From assembly GCA_040904565.1 (NCBI GenBank), contig JBBDTI010000075.1, forward strand, positions 42,408 through 106,407: a stretch of 64,000 bases of DNA. Reading direction: 5' to 3'. Of this stretch, positions 30,366-39,600 are shown one piece after another. Each line of letters opens with the position of its first letter. Positions within the stretch are counted from its first letter, which is position 1. The position numbers were made by a program, and so were the translations under genes. This DNA is from Rhodothermales bacterium. GTDB taxonomy: Bacteria > Bacteroidota > Rhodothermia > Rhodothermales > VXPQ01. The notes beneath the pieces are model-generated. The model was not told the origin of the DNA. It saw nothing but the letters and a program-made list of their open reading frames with translations, and did no database searches.

Positions 30366-31309
30366 ACGTCGAGATAATTAGACGAGGAGTCATCCGGTTT
30401 GGCGTGCGTGTAGCGACTGGTGGTGGCGAGCGATTTATGACCGAGCGTTTCCTTTACGAGATGCACGGGCGCGCCTTCATCCAGCGAATGTGATGCGTGA
30501 GCATGTCTGAGCCAATGCGGTGACACCGCGTCTGAAAGTCCGGCCGCTCTCGCAGCCTCCTTGACGATTCTCCAGATCTGCTGCCTGGACAAAACACCTC
30601 CTTTTCTCGAGCGAAATACGGGATCTTCCGAGCCGCCAAATCCGCTGCTCCGTTCGGCCTCGCGCAGCCTCGTGAGCGCATTCCACGTTGGAGGCGAAAG
30701 GAGAATACTTCGATTCTTGTCTCCTTTCCCGCGAACCATGATCTGCCCCGTCGATTCACCGGAGGAAGACTTGCGTGGTGTGGCGGACCGCCACCGGAGA
30801 GCATTCAGTTCAGAAACACGGCCGCCGGACGCATAAAAGAGGCGTATCAGTACGCGATCTCGCTGCTTGTCGACCGCCTCCAGTAGCCGTTGCACGGCCT
30901 CCTGGTCGAGTATTCGTTCAGCCAGGTCGTCGGCAACAGTGGGCGTCTTGATGGCGGCCCCAACGTTGAAGACGAAGTATCCAATCTTTTGACCGAAGGA
31001 AAACAGGCTCTTTACAGTGGACAGTTTGCGAGCGATCGTAGCTTGCGCCAACCCACGATCGAACAACTCATCGGACCAGTCCTGAAGGTCCCGCAGCGTT
31101 ACGTCGGAAAGATCTGCGTCGTTAAGAGCTTCGTCGACGAATGAGAGGAATTGCGTCAGATCTCGCTCGTAGGCCTCTTGTGTACTGTCGCTTTTCCCAT
31201 GAAGCCAGAGGCGGATCAGTTGTTCGTCGTCGTCCGCCTCATTGCGATGTCGAACGCTACGATCTCGAACGACTATCTCCGTATCTTTATGACTCGAAAG
31301 AGATTTCAT
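30362..31309 (-). CDS. Tyrosine recombinase (Xer/integrase family)
   Basis: Complete catalytic set: SGGRVSEL (R), GKGDK (K), HWLRH (HxxR), LGH, SRY (Y); N-terminal core-binding domain; GAGGA upstream of ATG 31309. Confidence 0.93.
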   Translation of the reverse strand: MKSLSSHKDTEIVVRDRSVRHRNEADDDEQLIRLWLHGKSDSTQEAYERDLTQFLSFVDEALNDADLSDVTLRDLQDWSDELFDRGLAQATIARKLSTVKSLFSFGQKIGYFVFNVGAAIKTPTVADDLAERILDQEAVQRLLEAVDKQRDRVLIRLFYASGGRVSELNALRWRSATPRKSSSGESTGQIMVRGKGDKNRSILLSPPTWNALTRLREAERSSGFGGSEDPVFRSRKGGVLSRQQIWRIVKEAARAAGLSDAVSPHWLRHAHASHSLDEGAPVHLVKETLGHKSLATTSRYTHAKPDDSSSNYLDV

Positions 31310-31360
31310 GGCATCCTCAAATAGAACCGGCAATCCGGGGTACGTCGCGCCCCGTTCTGA

Positions 31361-31388
31361 ATGTAACATAATTAGTGTTATGTTACAT
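31361..31388. other. Symmetric dif-like recombination site (11-6-11)
   Basis: ATGTAACATAA-TTAGTG-TTATGTTACAT, perfect inverted arms; right arm matches the E. coli XerD arm TTATGTTAAAT at 10/11. Confidence 0.8.
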
Positions 31389-31731
31389 AAGCAAGCCGGA
31401 GTGGCCTAAATAAGGCCTGCACAACGGGTTCGGGCCATCGCCTATATGGTACCGGTCACTCATCGTCACTATACGCGACGCATCGTCACTCTTCGTGAAG
31501 CGTCCTCCGGCATAGCGAACGCTCGGCACCATGTACCGTGGTACAACCGGCCCGGGTGTATCGGCACCTGCGAGGCCACGTTGTGTTGGGTCTAATTGGG
31601 TCCGGCTGGGCCTGGCTGGACGGAGCCGAATTGAACCACGCCGTACGGAGCACGCGAAAAGGTGCGCTCCAGGTGCGATCCGGCGGCCGGCTCGGGCAGA
31701 CCGTTCTATTGCGATGACCTCACGTTCTACG

Positions 31732-32937
31732 TTAAGTGCCCTTCGCGTCCGCTGCAGCCACGTCCGCCGGATAGCGGAAGCTGGCGGCGAGGCTCCGGTT
31801 CGTCGGCATCGTATCGGATATCAGGGCGTGGACCGTTCCGCCATGCTTTACCGTGTGCACGGCGGCGAGATCGAGCAGGTCTTCATCACCTGTTTTATGC
31901 TCGTCGTGCAGCTCGACGGAGTTGTTGTCGGCATCGTAAAATCCCCATAGATGCGAACCCATTTCGACAAACAACGTGTCGATGCGTCCGTAGACGGCCG
32001 CGGGGATTACTTCACGGATGTCATCGGACGCAAGTCGATCGCCGTTTCCAAGAAGCTGCATGAATCTGTCGAGTGCAGCACGCTGCGTCTCCATGAACCG
32101 CGGCTCAACGATGTCCCACGCTTTCGCGTGCATTTCCTTCGGTTTCAGGTGATCGGGATTTCCGGCGACGATCGAATCGTCGACGAGATTGCCGTATCCG
32201 TTCACTACCCGGTAGATCGGCAGATAATATTCTACCCCTGCCAGTACGAGCGGCGCCGAGTTCTCTCGCAGCACGTTACGCACTCCTTCATCCACGCCAT
32301 GAAAGAAGCGGATCAATTGATCGTGCGGACGATGCGGTTCGTCGTCGGAGTTGACCCCGTGGCCGTGAAATATGGCATCCTGCCTACCACCGGCCACGTT
32401 GGCAGTACGGTTCTGAAGCGACCGCTGGAATTCCTCCTTGGCGAGGACGTCGACCAGACTCTCCGGAAGCTCCTTTGATTCGATTTCGCTCATGCTGTAA
32501 TGCGTACCTTGAAAGAGACGCACCTTGTTCTGACTGAGTGCAAGCAGATAGAACTCATTGTTCGCTGCCAGAAGCGGAAAGAGCGGCTTGATGTGAAATC
32601 GCTTGCCCGTAAAGACAAATTCGTCGAAGTCGACGGGCAGGCGGTAGAACCGGGCCTCATCGGGCGTCATGAAGGCCGCAAAGCCGTCACTCTGATCGAG
32701 CCAAAACGAAGGGCGCTCCGTTAACGTAGCCAGCGGCTCGAGCAAGGCATCGATCTCCGCATCGCGATAGCCCTGCTCGGCTAGCTCTCGCCGGGCTGTC
32801 TTGAGCAGATTCTTTAACCGAATCGGATTCTGTGACAGCTCGGATTCGACGTGATACGTAGGCATGTAAATCGAAACGCAGGGCTCGCCTTTGAGGGCCG
32901 CCAGTTCCGTGAGTTGCTCCTTACTAAAGAGATCCAT
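31732..32937 (-). CDS. Bacterial archaeo-eukaryotic release factor family (baeRF3/7-like) protein
   Basis: PCVSIYMPT, PIRLKNLL, RFHIKPL, FYLLALSQNKVRLF, PLVLAGV, AVYGRIDTLF, DLLDLAAVHT..GG.V. Confidence 0.75.
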   Translation of the reverse strand: MDLFSKEQLTELAALKGEPCVSIYMPTYHVESELSQNPIRLKNLLKTARRELAEQGYRDAEIDALLEPLATLTERPSFWLDQSDGFAAFMTPDEARFYRLPVDFDEFVFTGKRFHIKPLFPLLAANNEFYLLALSQNKVRLFQGTHYSMSEIESKELPESLVDVLAKEEFQRSLQNRTANVAGGRQDAIFHGHGVNSDDEPHRPHDQLIRFFHGVDEGVRNVLRENSAPLVLAGVEYYLPIYRVVNGYGNLVDDSIVAGNPDHLKPKEMHAKAWDIVEPRFMETQRAALDRFMQLLGNGDRLASDDIREVIPAAVYGRIDTLFVEMGSHLWGFYDADNNSVELHDEHKTGDEDLLDLAAVHTVKHGGTVHALISDTMPTNRSLAASFRYPADVAAADAKGT

Positions 32938-33223
32938 ATGCGTACACGGTTTGAGATAAATACCGGCAAAGCTACATGGGTTAATATGCAATTCCGCGGA
33001 TTAGGTTTGATCGGGCCGTGTGACGTTGATGTGAGACTCGACCGCTTCGGTCCGCACTCTCGCGGTGTCCCGGACCCGGCTACAGTCAGGATGCGGCATC
33101 CCGCACAGCTGGAATGGAAGCGGCCGGACCGCCAGGCGGCTGCGGGCGTATCGATTGCGGGGATACCCTACATTTTCTTACACGACGTCGCCGCTTCGAA
33201 GTAGCTTTTCGCGCTCTAATCGC

Positions 33224-33925
33224 ATGGAAGACCTAACACAGTGGGTACAGTATTCCGACCATCTGTTCGAGCACGCCGTGCGTATCGCCGTCGCCCTGGT
33301 GTGTGGGCTCATGCTCGGTATCGAGCGCGAGCGCAAGGATAAACCTGCCGGAATGCGAACGATTCTTCTGATTACGCTCGGAGCGGCGCTGTTCATGATC
33401 ATGAGCAACATCGTCACCGTGGCGTACGAATGGCCGGTCGAGACGCGGGTCGACCCATCCCGTATTGCCGCAGGGGTCGTGACCGGCATCGGTTTTCTGG
33501 GTGCCGGCACGATCATCCAGGCGCGCGGCTCGGTCCACGGTCTTACGACGGCTGCCGTCATATGGGTGTCGGCAGGCATCGGAATGTGCGCCGGCATGGG
33601 CTACGCGGCCATGGCTTTTTTCTTCACGGCGATCGTCCTGCTGACGCTCATCGCCATGGATCCGCTGCGTCACCGGCTTGCTCGCTTGGGCAACCGGTAT
33701 GAGTTGCTCGTGATTGCACCGAATGATTCGCTCGTGCTCGAACGGATCCGCTACGTTCTCCTCGGCCACGACGTACACGACGACGACGTTGAACTCCGCG
33801 TCATCCCCGAAGACGAGCTCGAGATCGCCTTCGTGTATTTCGGATATGGCGGCGCCGCCCTGCGTCTTCTGGAGGCGCTCGCCCGTATCGAAGGCGTACA
33901 CGGCAGGCGCACAACCAGCGAATAA
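33224..33925 (+). CDS. MgtC/SapB family membrane protein
   Basis: GIERERKDKPAGMRT, DPSRIAAGVVTGIGFLGAG, GLTTAAVIW. Confidence 0.92.
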   Translation: MEDLTQWVQYSDHLFEHAVRIAVALVCGLMLGIERERKDKPAGMRTILLITLGAALFMIMSNIVTVAYEWPVETRVDPSRIAAGVVTGIGFLGAGTIIQARGSVHGLTTAAVIWVSAGIGMCAGMGYAAMAFFFTAIVLLTLIAMDPLRHRLARLGNRYELLVIAPNDSLVLERIRYVLLGHDVHDDDVELRVIPEDELEIAFVYFGYGGAALRLLEALARIEGVHGRRTTSE

Positions 33926-33970
33926 CGAGTTTAACCCGCGCGCGCATTCGATCGCCAATCAACTCTTCTG

Positions 33971-34909
33971 ATGGAGCCGTTCCTCATTCTCACCGGACCA
34001 ACCGCCGTCGGCAAGACGGCATTGAGCATGCAGCTGGCCGCCGAGCTCGACGCTGAGATCATCTCAGCCGACAGCCGCCAGGTGTACCGTGAGCTCAATG
34101 TCGGGACCGCCAAGCCGGATGAACAAGACCTGCAAAGGGTGCGACATCACTTTATTAACGAACGGTTCCTGGGCGAAGCCTTCACAGCAGGGATCTTCCA
34201 GCGTGAGGCCTACGCACGAATCGAGGACGTGCTCGATCGCGGCCGAACGCCCCTCATCGTGGGCGGATCGACGCTGTACCTGAAGGCGCTCAAGCACGGG
34301 CTGGCGAACATCCCCGACATCCCGGAGGACGTGCGCGCCGACATCCGGAAGCGGCTGGACGACGAAGGACCCGAAACGCTCTACGCCGCGCTGCAGTCCG
34401 TCGACCCCCAAGCCGCCGAGACCATGGATCCGACAAAGTCACAGCGCATCGCTCGAGCCCTCGAGGTCTATGAGGCCACAGGTACACCCATCACGGCGTA
34501 TCACGACGAGCAGCCTCCTCCCCCCTATGCCTTCCTGACTGTCGTTCTGCATCGAGATCGACGCCAGCTCTACGACCGCATCAACCGCCGCGTCGACCGT
34601 ATGCTTGACGACGGTCTCATCGAGGAGGTCCGGCAGCTTCTCGACGCCGGGCACGACCTCTCGATCAACCTCCTCCGGACCATCGGCTACAAGGAGCCGG
34701 TCGCGTACCTGCGCGGTGAGATCTCCCACGACGAAATGGTTCGGCGCATCAAGCGGAACACCCGCAGATATGCCAAGCGGCAGCTTACGTGGTTCCGCCG
34801 GGACGAGGACAACGTGTGGGTCGACGCCGCGGCCGATTCCAACGATCTCCGATCGGACATCCGTCAGCTGCTCGCACAGGCATCCGACGTCAGCTCGCCC
34901 GCCTCGTAG
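33971..34909 (+). CDS. miaA: tRNA dimethylallyltransferase
   Basis: GPTAVGKT, SADSRQVY, GTAKP, VGGSTLY, TIGYKE, RYAKRQLTWF. Confidence 0.97.
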   Translation: MEPFLILTGPTAVGKTALSMQLAAELDAEIISADSRQVYRELNVGTAKPDEQDLQRVRHHFINERFLGEAFTAGIFQREAYARIEDVLDRGRTPLIVGGSTLYLKALKHGLANIPDIPEDVRADIRKRLDDEGPETLYAALQSVDPQAAETMDPTKSQRIARALEVYEATGTPITAYHDEQPPPPYAFLTVVLHRDRRQLYDRINRRVDRMLDDGLIEEVRQLLDAGHDLSINLLRTIGYKEPVAYLRGEISHDEMVRRIKRNTRRYAKRQLTWFRRDEDNVWVDAAADSNDLRSDIRQLLAQASDVSSPAS

Positions 34910-35075
34910 AGCCGGATGCGAGGTGCACAACTCCATCTCCCGGCTGGATCACGACCGTCACGTCGTAATCGACATTCACGTTCGACATTCGGGTAATCCG
35001 TACGACCGTCACGTCCACCTTCCGCCCCTGCTGCCGCCTCGAACGGTTCACCCGCCGCGTCGATTTTGACTTCGT

Positions 35076-35192
35076 AAGACCGATCGGTATACTACAGGCC
35101 GAGCCCACTATACCGATCTGTATAGGACAACGCTGCCGTAGCTATACAGATCGGTATTACCCTCGAGAAAACGAGCTATACAGATCGGTATC
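35076..35192. promoter_or_regulatory. Array of four quasi-palindromic TetR-type operators (TATAC(A/C)GATC(G/T)GTAT)
   Basis: Copies at 35076, 35109, 35143 and 35177, directly upstream of the TetR gene. Confidence 0.75.
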
Positions 35193-35210
35193 ATCAGACG
35201 GTCACGCCCC

Positions 35211-35933
35211 ATGAATGAGATGACGAATGAAACGACCGGAAGTGGAGGCGGCACCGATGAAAGAGGTGGCGGAGCGGGTGACGGCCGCGGAGCCCACGTG
35301 GAAGACGCCGCGCGCAACGCGTCGGAATATTTCCAGGGCGACGATGCCGGGGCACCGCGTGAGCGTATCGTTAGTGCGGCGTCGCATTTATTCCGACGCT
35401 TCGGATTTCGTGCCGTCGGCGTCGATTTGATCGCCAAAGAGTCCGACGTTGCGAAAATGACGATGTACCGCTATTTCGATTCGAAAGACGACCTGATTGT
35501 GGAGTTCTTGCAGCGCGAGGACCGAAGCCTGCGAAGCTGGTTGCATGACGTCACGTGTCAGGTTGATGGATCGGGACCAGCACTCAAGGCGTTTTTCCGG
35601 GCGCTCGAGTCCAGGACGCTCGACCCGAAGTGCTTCGGATGTCCTTTTCAGATCGCCGCCACGGAATTTCCCGATGCCGATCATCCCGCTAATCGGCAGG
35701 CGCGCAGGCACAAGGCATGGATGCGGGAAGTGATTTCGGAGTGGGTCCGGCAGACGGGGCGGCGCAACGTCGAGGAAACGACGGAGCAGCTGTACGTTCT
35801 CGTGGAGGGGGCCTGGGCGCGAGCGAGAATGAACCTCGGCTCTCCGACTCGAGGATACCTTGTGGAGGGGGCCCTTCTCCTCCTCGAGGGCGGGCGCTTT
35901 CTCGAGGCTATCGCGCGCTCAACGCCGGACTGA
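35211..35933 (+). CDS. TetR/AcrR family regulator
   Basis: RERIVSAASHLF..GFRAVGVDLIAKESDVAKMTMYRYFDSKDDL; GCPF motif. Confidence 0.92.
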   Translation: MNEMTNETTGSGGGTDERGGGAGDGRGAHVEDAARNASEYFQGDDAGAPRERIVSAASHLFRRFGFRAVGVDLIAKESDVAKMTMYRYFDSKDDLIVEFLQREDRSLRSWLHDVTCQVDGSGPALKAFFRALESRTLDPKCFGCPFQIAATEFPDADHPANRQARRHKAWMREVISEWVRQTGRRNVEETTEQLYVLVEGAWARARMNLGSPTRGYLVEGALLLLEGGRFLEAIARSTPD

Positions 35934-37742
35934 GAGCACGAAGAGTGACCGATGGTGAATGAATCCTCCCAGATCTTCAGCTGACTCGACGTCGAGACCC
36001 AGTCGTTTGAATGTTGCCAGCCACTCGTAGTGCGTCCGGTACGCGTACTGCTGAGCGCGCATGGATCCGTCGGATCGTACCTCGTTCGCCATCCTATCCA
36101 GCCAGCGAAGGGGTCTCCGCTCCCACCGATGGCGGTACGTCGATTCGAGGACGACTACGTGTCGCCGGACTACACGCACGCTCTCCAGAAGCAGCCGCTC
36201 CGGATCCTCGGCATGGTGCAAGACGAACACAATGACGGCGGCGTCGAACGAGTTATCCGCGTAGGGGAGCTCCCTCCCGTCGTATACGCGGTACGGTAGA
36301 TCCGTCCGGTTCATATCGACGACATCAACGAGATGTACATCGATCCCGAATGTACGGGCAAGTGACGCAGCGACGTACCCTTCTCCGGCGCCTACATCGA
36401 CGATCGACTCATCGTCCACGAGCACGTTATGCAACAGATCGACCTTGGCCGCGGCCCGGGCGCGGACGATCGGATCGAACAGGCGGCGGCGGTACCGGTA
36501 CGCCCCCAGGAGGGCCCATCCCCCCCAGCCGAGGATCACCCAGATCCAGTAAGGGCCATCGACGTAAAGCAGATACGTTCCGAGCGACAGCACGCCGAGC
36601 CAGATCCAGTGCCAGGACGGACGCTGCGCGGGCGCCACGAGCACGAGAATGCCGAGCAGGTACCAGGGATGCACCGTTGTCGCCAGGACGAAGAAGAGTC
36701 CGATCGTGAGGGCGAAAGCCCTGCGTGGACTCCAATCCAGTTTCCAATCGAGCACATAGAGTGCCGGCAACAGTACGAGATACAGGACCTGGAACGCCGG
36801 ACCTAATTGCTTCGACCAGTCGAGTCCGGTAGCCGCGCGGAAGATCTCCTTGACGGCATAATACGGTCCGGCATTGAATTCGAACAATCTCACATACAGG
36901 TCGAGCGACTGCCGTACGTTTCCGAGCACGTCGGCGTGGAGATACGGAGATGCCAGCAGCACCGCCGTTCCGACCCCGGTGACGACGGATCGCCAGCCAT
37001 ATCTACGCCAGACGAACGGCAGGAGCACGAACGGATACAATTTCACCCATCCCGCACAGGCGATGCTCGCCGCCGCCCATCCGCCCCACTTCTTCTTGTG
37101 CAAGGCCACGATGGCAACGCTGAGAAAGAAGACGGCCGCCGCCTCTCCGTGTGCCTGTCCGGCACCGGCAATCAATACGAGCGGATTCCAAGCATACAGA
37201 AGGAGCCGCCGTGGCCGGAGGATACGAGACAGAACCAGCACGGCGGCCAGTTCGAAAAGAGCCAGGATACCCTTGATGACGAAGTACGAGACCTGCCATC
37301 CCTGATCGTAGAAGATCGCGCCGACGCGGAAGATGAGCTGAGAGACAGGGGGATAAACGGTATAGTAGTGCGCCGAGTTGAGGCGCTCGAAGATCGGCTC
37401 GTCGCGAAAGACAGCCATCTCGTCGTCGGACGGCACGTGCAGGTAGGGATTGTATCCCTCTAGCTGGACGACACCGTCCCACACGTACCTGAAAGCGTCG
37501 TCGGAAAGAATGGGAGGAAGCCAAACGACGGCGAGGCGCAGGACCACGGCGACAGTCAGCACGTGGACCATGGAGACGTCGTTTCGCCGCCAGACGAGGA
37601 CGGTGAGCACGCCGACGGCGCATGCCGCGGCTACGAAGACGGACCAGGTCTCCGGAGACGCAGCGAACCAGCCCATGCCTGCGGTCGCGAAGACGAGCAG
37701 GACGAGCAGCATCCACGTTCCGCGTGACGGCCTATCCGGCAT
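35919..37742 (-). CDS. GT87/DUF2029-like membrane glycosyltransferase fused to a class I SAM methyltransferase
   Basis: LSDDAFRYVWDG, YNPY, TVYPP, YAWNPL, HPWY; C-terminal IVDVGAGEG, LPYADNSFD, VLHH. Confidence 0.82.
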   Translation of the reverse strand: MPDRPSRGTWMLLVLLVFATAGMGWFAASPETWSVFVAAACAVGVLTVLVWRRNDVSMVHVLTVAVVLRLAVVWLPPILSDDAFRYVWDGVVQLEGYNPYLHVPSDDEMAVFRDEPIFERLNSAHYYTVYPPVSQLIFRVGAIFYDQGWQVSYFVIKGILALFELAAVLVLSRILRPRRLLLYAWNPLVLIAGAGQAHGEAAAVFFLSVAIVALHKKKWGGWAAASIACAGWVKLYPFVLLPFVWRRYGWRSVVTGVGTAVLLASPYLHADVLGNVRQSLDLYVRLFEFNAGPYYAVKEIFRAATGLDWSKQLGPAFQVLYLVLLPALYVLDWKLDWSPRRAFALTIGLFFVLATTVHPWYLLGILVLVAPAQRPSWHWIWLGVLSLGTYLLYVDGPYWIWVILGWGGWALLGAYRYRRRLFDPIVRARAAAKVDLLHNVLVDDESIVDVGAGEGYVAASLARTFGIDVHLVDVVDMNRTDLPYRVYDGRELPYADNSFDAAVIVFVLHHAEDPERLLLESVRVVRRHVVVLESTYRHRWERRPLRWLDRMANEVRSDGSMRAQQYAYRTHYEWLATFKRLGLDVESAEDLGGFIHHRSLFVLSVRR

Positions 37743-38154
37743 AGAAGATCAATCGGACCCTTCTGCCTCCGTTTTCGAAATTGACCTCGTCGGCCATCGA
37801 CTGCATGAACAGAATTCCCCTTCCCCCTTCACGAAGCAAATTTTCAGAGGCGCGCGGATCTTTGGTCATCGCTGGATCGAACCCCGTACCTTCGTCTTCC
37901 ACGACAATCTCTACCTGTTCGCCGTCGGCTTCGATCCGAAAATAGACGTTTTTTTCGGCGTCGAATTTGTTGCCATGCTCGATGGCGTTCGTTACGGCTT
38001 CCGTGGCAAGAAGAACGATCCGGTAGGCCAGATCGTCGTCGGACACCCTCGGCCCAAGAAATGCTTCCGTACGATCGACGACCCTTTGGATGCTCTTCAG
38101 GTCGCTTTTTAATACTAACTCCATCGTACCGGAAGGGAAGGGCTCGTTCGTCAT
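37732..38154 (-). CDS. Anti-sigma factor Ser kinase (RsbW-like, HATPase_c_2)
   Basis: EAVTNAIEHGN, VEDEGTGFD, GGRGILFM; GGAGG upstream of ATG 38154. Confidence 0.9.
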   Translation of the reverse strand: MTNEPFPSGTMELVLKSDLKSIQRVVDRTEAFLGPRVSDDDLAYRIVLLATEAVTNAIEHGNKFDAEKNVYFRIEADGEQVEIVVEDEGTGFDPAMTKDPRASENLLREGGRGILFMQSMADEVNFENGGRRVRLIFYAG

Positions 38155-38202
38155 AAGACCTCCGGAGAGGATGAAGAGAATACTCACGTATTTAGCTCAA
38201 GT

Positions 38203-39600
38203 TCACCCAGCGTCCTGACGTGTGGGCTGCCGTGGCGTTATCCGCTGACCTACGACGCCATCGAACAGGCGCGCGAGACGACGCGTCAGGCGTCTTCGAT
38301 CGAACTGCTCGACATACGCACGGTCCGGCTCGGGCAACCGGCCCTCTGACCACATCCCGTACAGCTGCTCGATGCCTGCGCTAATCTCGGATATCGCCTC
38401 CGGGTCCGCTATGGTCGCTGCGCCGTAGCGATGCAGCGCAGTGCGGGCGGCGCCCAGCGGGACGAGGCCAAGGACAGGCTTCCTCGCTCCAAAATACTCG
38501 TACAGTTTGCTTGTCGAAATAGTATCGGCTCCTTCCGTCCGACCGACCGTCATCCACAGCACGTCGGCAGCCCGTAGACACGCAACAGCTTCCGGGTGCG
38601 ATAGATAGCCCGTATGGTGGATCACGTCGGAGATACCGAGCTCGCCGGCGAGCTTCTTTGCGGATTCCGAGAGCAGGCCGACGAAGACAGCCTTCACGCT
38701 GGATTTCAGCTCCGTACGGCGCGTAAGCACGTCGGACAGTGCGCGCATGAAGGGCTCGGGCGACTGTGCGTCGTAGAACACACCACTGTAGAGCATCGTG
38801 AACGTGCTCGGATCGGGATCCAGCCCGGGAATGCACGGATCCACCTCAAGATCGTCCGGATCGTAGCCCTGCGGGATAACCACGACATCCTCTAGAAATC
38901 CGGCATCGGGATTCCGAGCTGTCAGGTTTCGGCGGATCACGTCGTTGATGACTACCGACCTGTCGCCGCGCTCCAGAACCCGGCGCTCCATGCGCGCGGA
39001 AAGTCCGCGATGCACCGGAGTGGGATAAGAATGACGCGGATTCCCGACCCAGTCGTCGCGAAAATCGAGAACGAGGGGCACACCGGTCGTTTTCGACAGA
39101 CCGGCGGCTACCAGCAACGACGTGTAGGGAGGTGCCGACGCGAAGATCAGATCATACGCGCCACCTTGAAGCAGCTCAAGCCCCTTTTTGCGGGCGGGTC
39201 GCCACCATCCCAACTTGTTGTCAGGCACAAAAAGTAATTGGCTCAGACGTGAAAACGCACGGCGCGTCGATTCGTCGGGAAACCGTACGACGGTTCGGCT
39301 TCCGAACAACCGGGTCGGATCCCAGGATGCCGTTCGATGAACGGCCACGCCCGAATCCTCGATCTCCGCGAGCAGCGATTCGTCATACGCGAAATATCCT
39401 CGAGGCTTGCAGGTGAGTACCGTCGGCTGCCAGCCAAACTCAGGTAGGTACTTCACGAACTTTGCGGTTCGCTGCACGCCGCTCAGTCCCATCGGGGGAA
39501 AGTAGTAGGCGATCACGAGCACACGCCGCTCGTCCGCCCGGTTCACCGCCGAGTCGGGTATCACAGATACGGCCTCCTTCACGTCGCCAGCCACCGGCAC
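38203..39600 (-). CDS. GT4 family glycosyltransferase
   Basis: VLVIAYYFPP..GVQRTAKFVKYL, DFRDDW, SKLYEY. Start uncertain. Confidence 0.9.
   Translation of the reverse strand: MPVAGDVKEAVSVIPDSAVNRADERRVLVIAYYFPPMGLSGVQRTAKFVKYLPEFGWQPTVLTCKPRGYFAYDESLLAEIEDSGVAVHRTASWDPTRLFGSRTVVRFPDESTRRAFSRLSQLLFVPDNKLGWWRPARKKGLELLQGGAYDLIFASAPPYTSLLVAAGLSKTTGVPLVLDFRDDWVGNPRHSYPTPVHRGLSARMERRVLERGDRSVVINDVIRRNLTARNPDAGFLEDVVVIPQGYDPDDLEVDPCIPGLDPDPSTFTMLYSGVFYDAQSPEPFMRALSDVLTRRTELKSSVKAVFVGLLSESAKKLAGELGISDVIHHTGYLSHPEAVACLRAADVLWMTVGRTEGADTISTSKLYEYFGARKPVLGLVPLGAARTALHRYGAATIADPEAISEISAGIEQLYGMWSEGRLPEPDRAYVEQFDRRRLTRRLARLFDGVVGQRITPRQPTRQDAG

Noticed and set aside
29217-33200. Prophage or ICE around the recombinase
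   Set aside because: No phage, relaxase or T4SS genes, no tRNA target and no flanking direct repeats seen
35076-35192. Mini-CRISPR interpretation of the periodic repeats
   Set aside because: Repeats (~16 bp) and spacers (~18 bp) are too short, orientation is mixed and there are no cas genes; the adjacent TetR explains them
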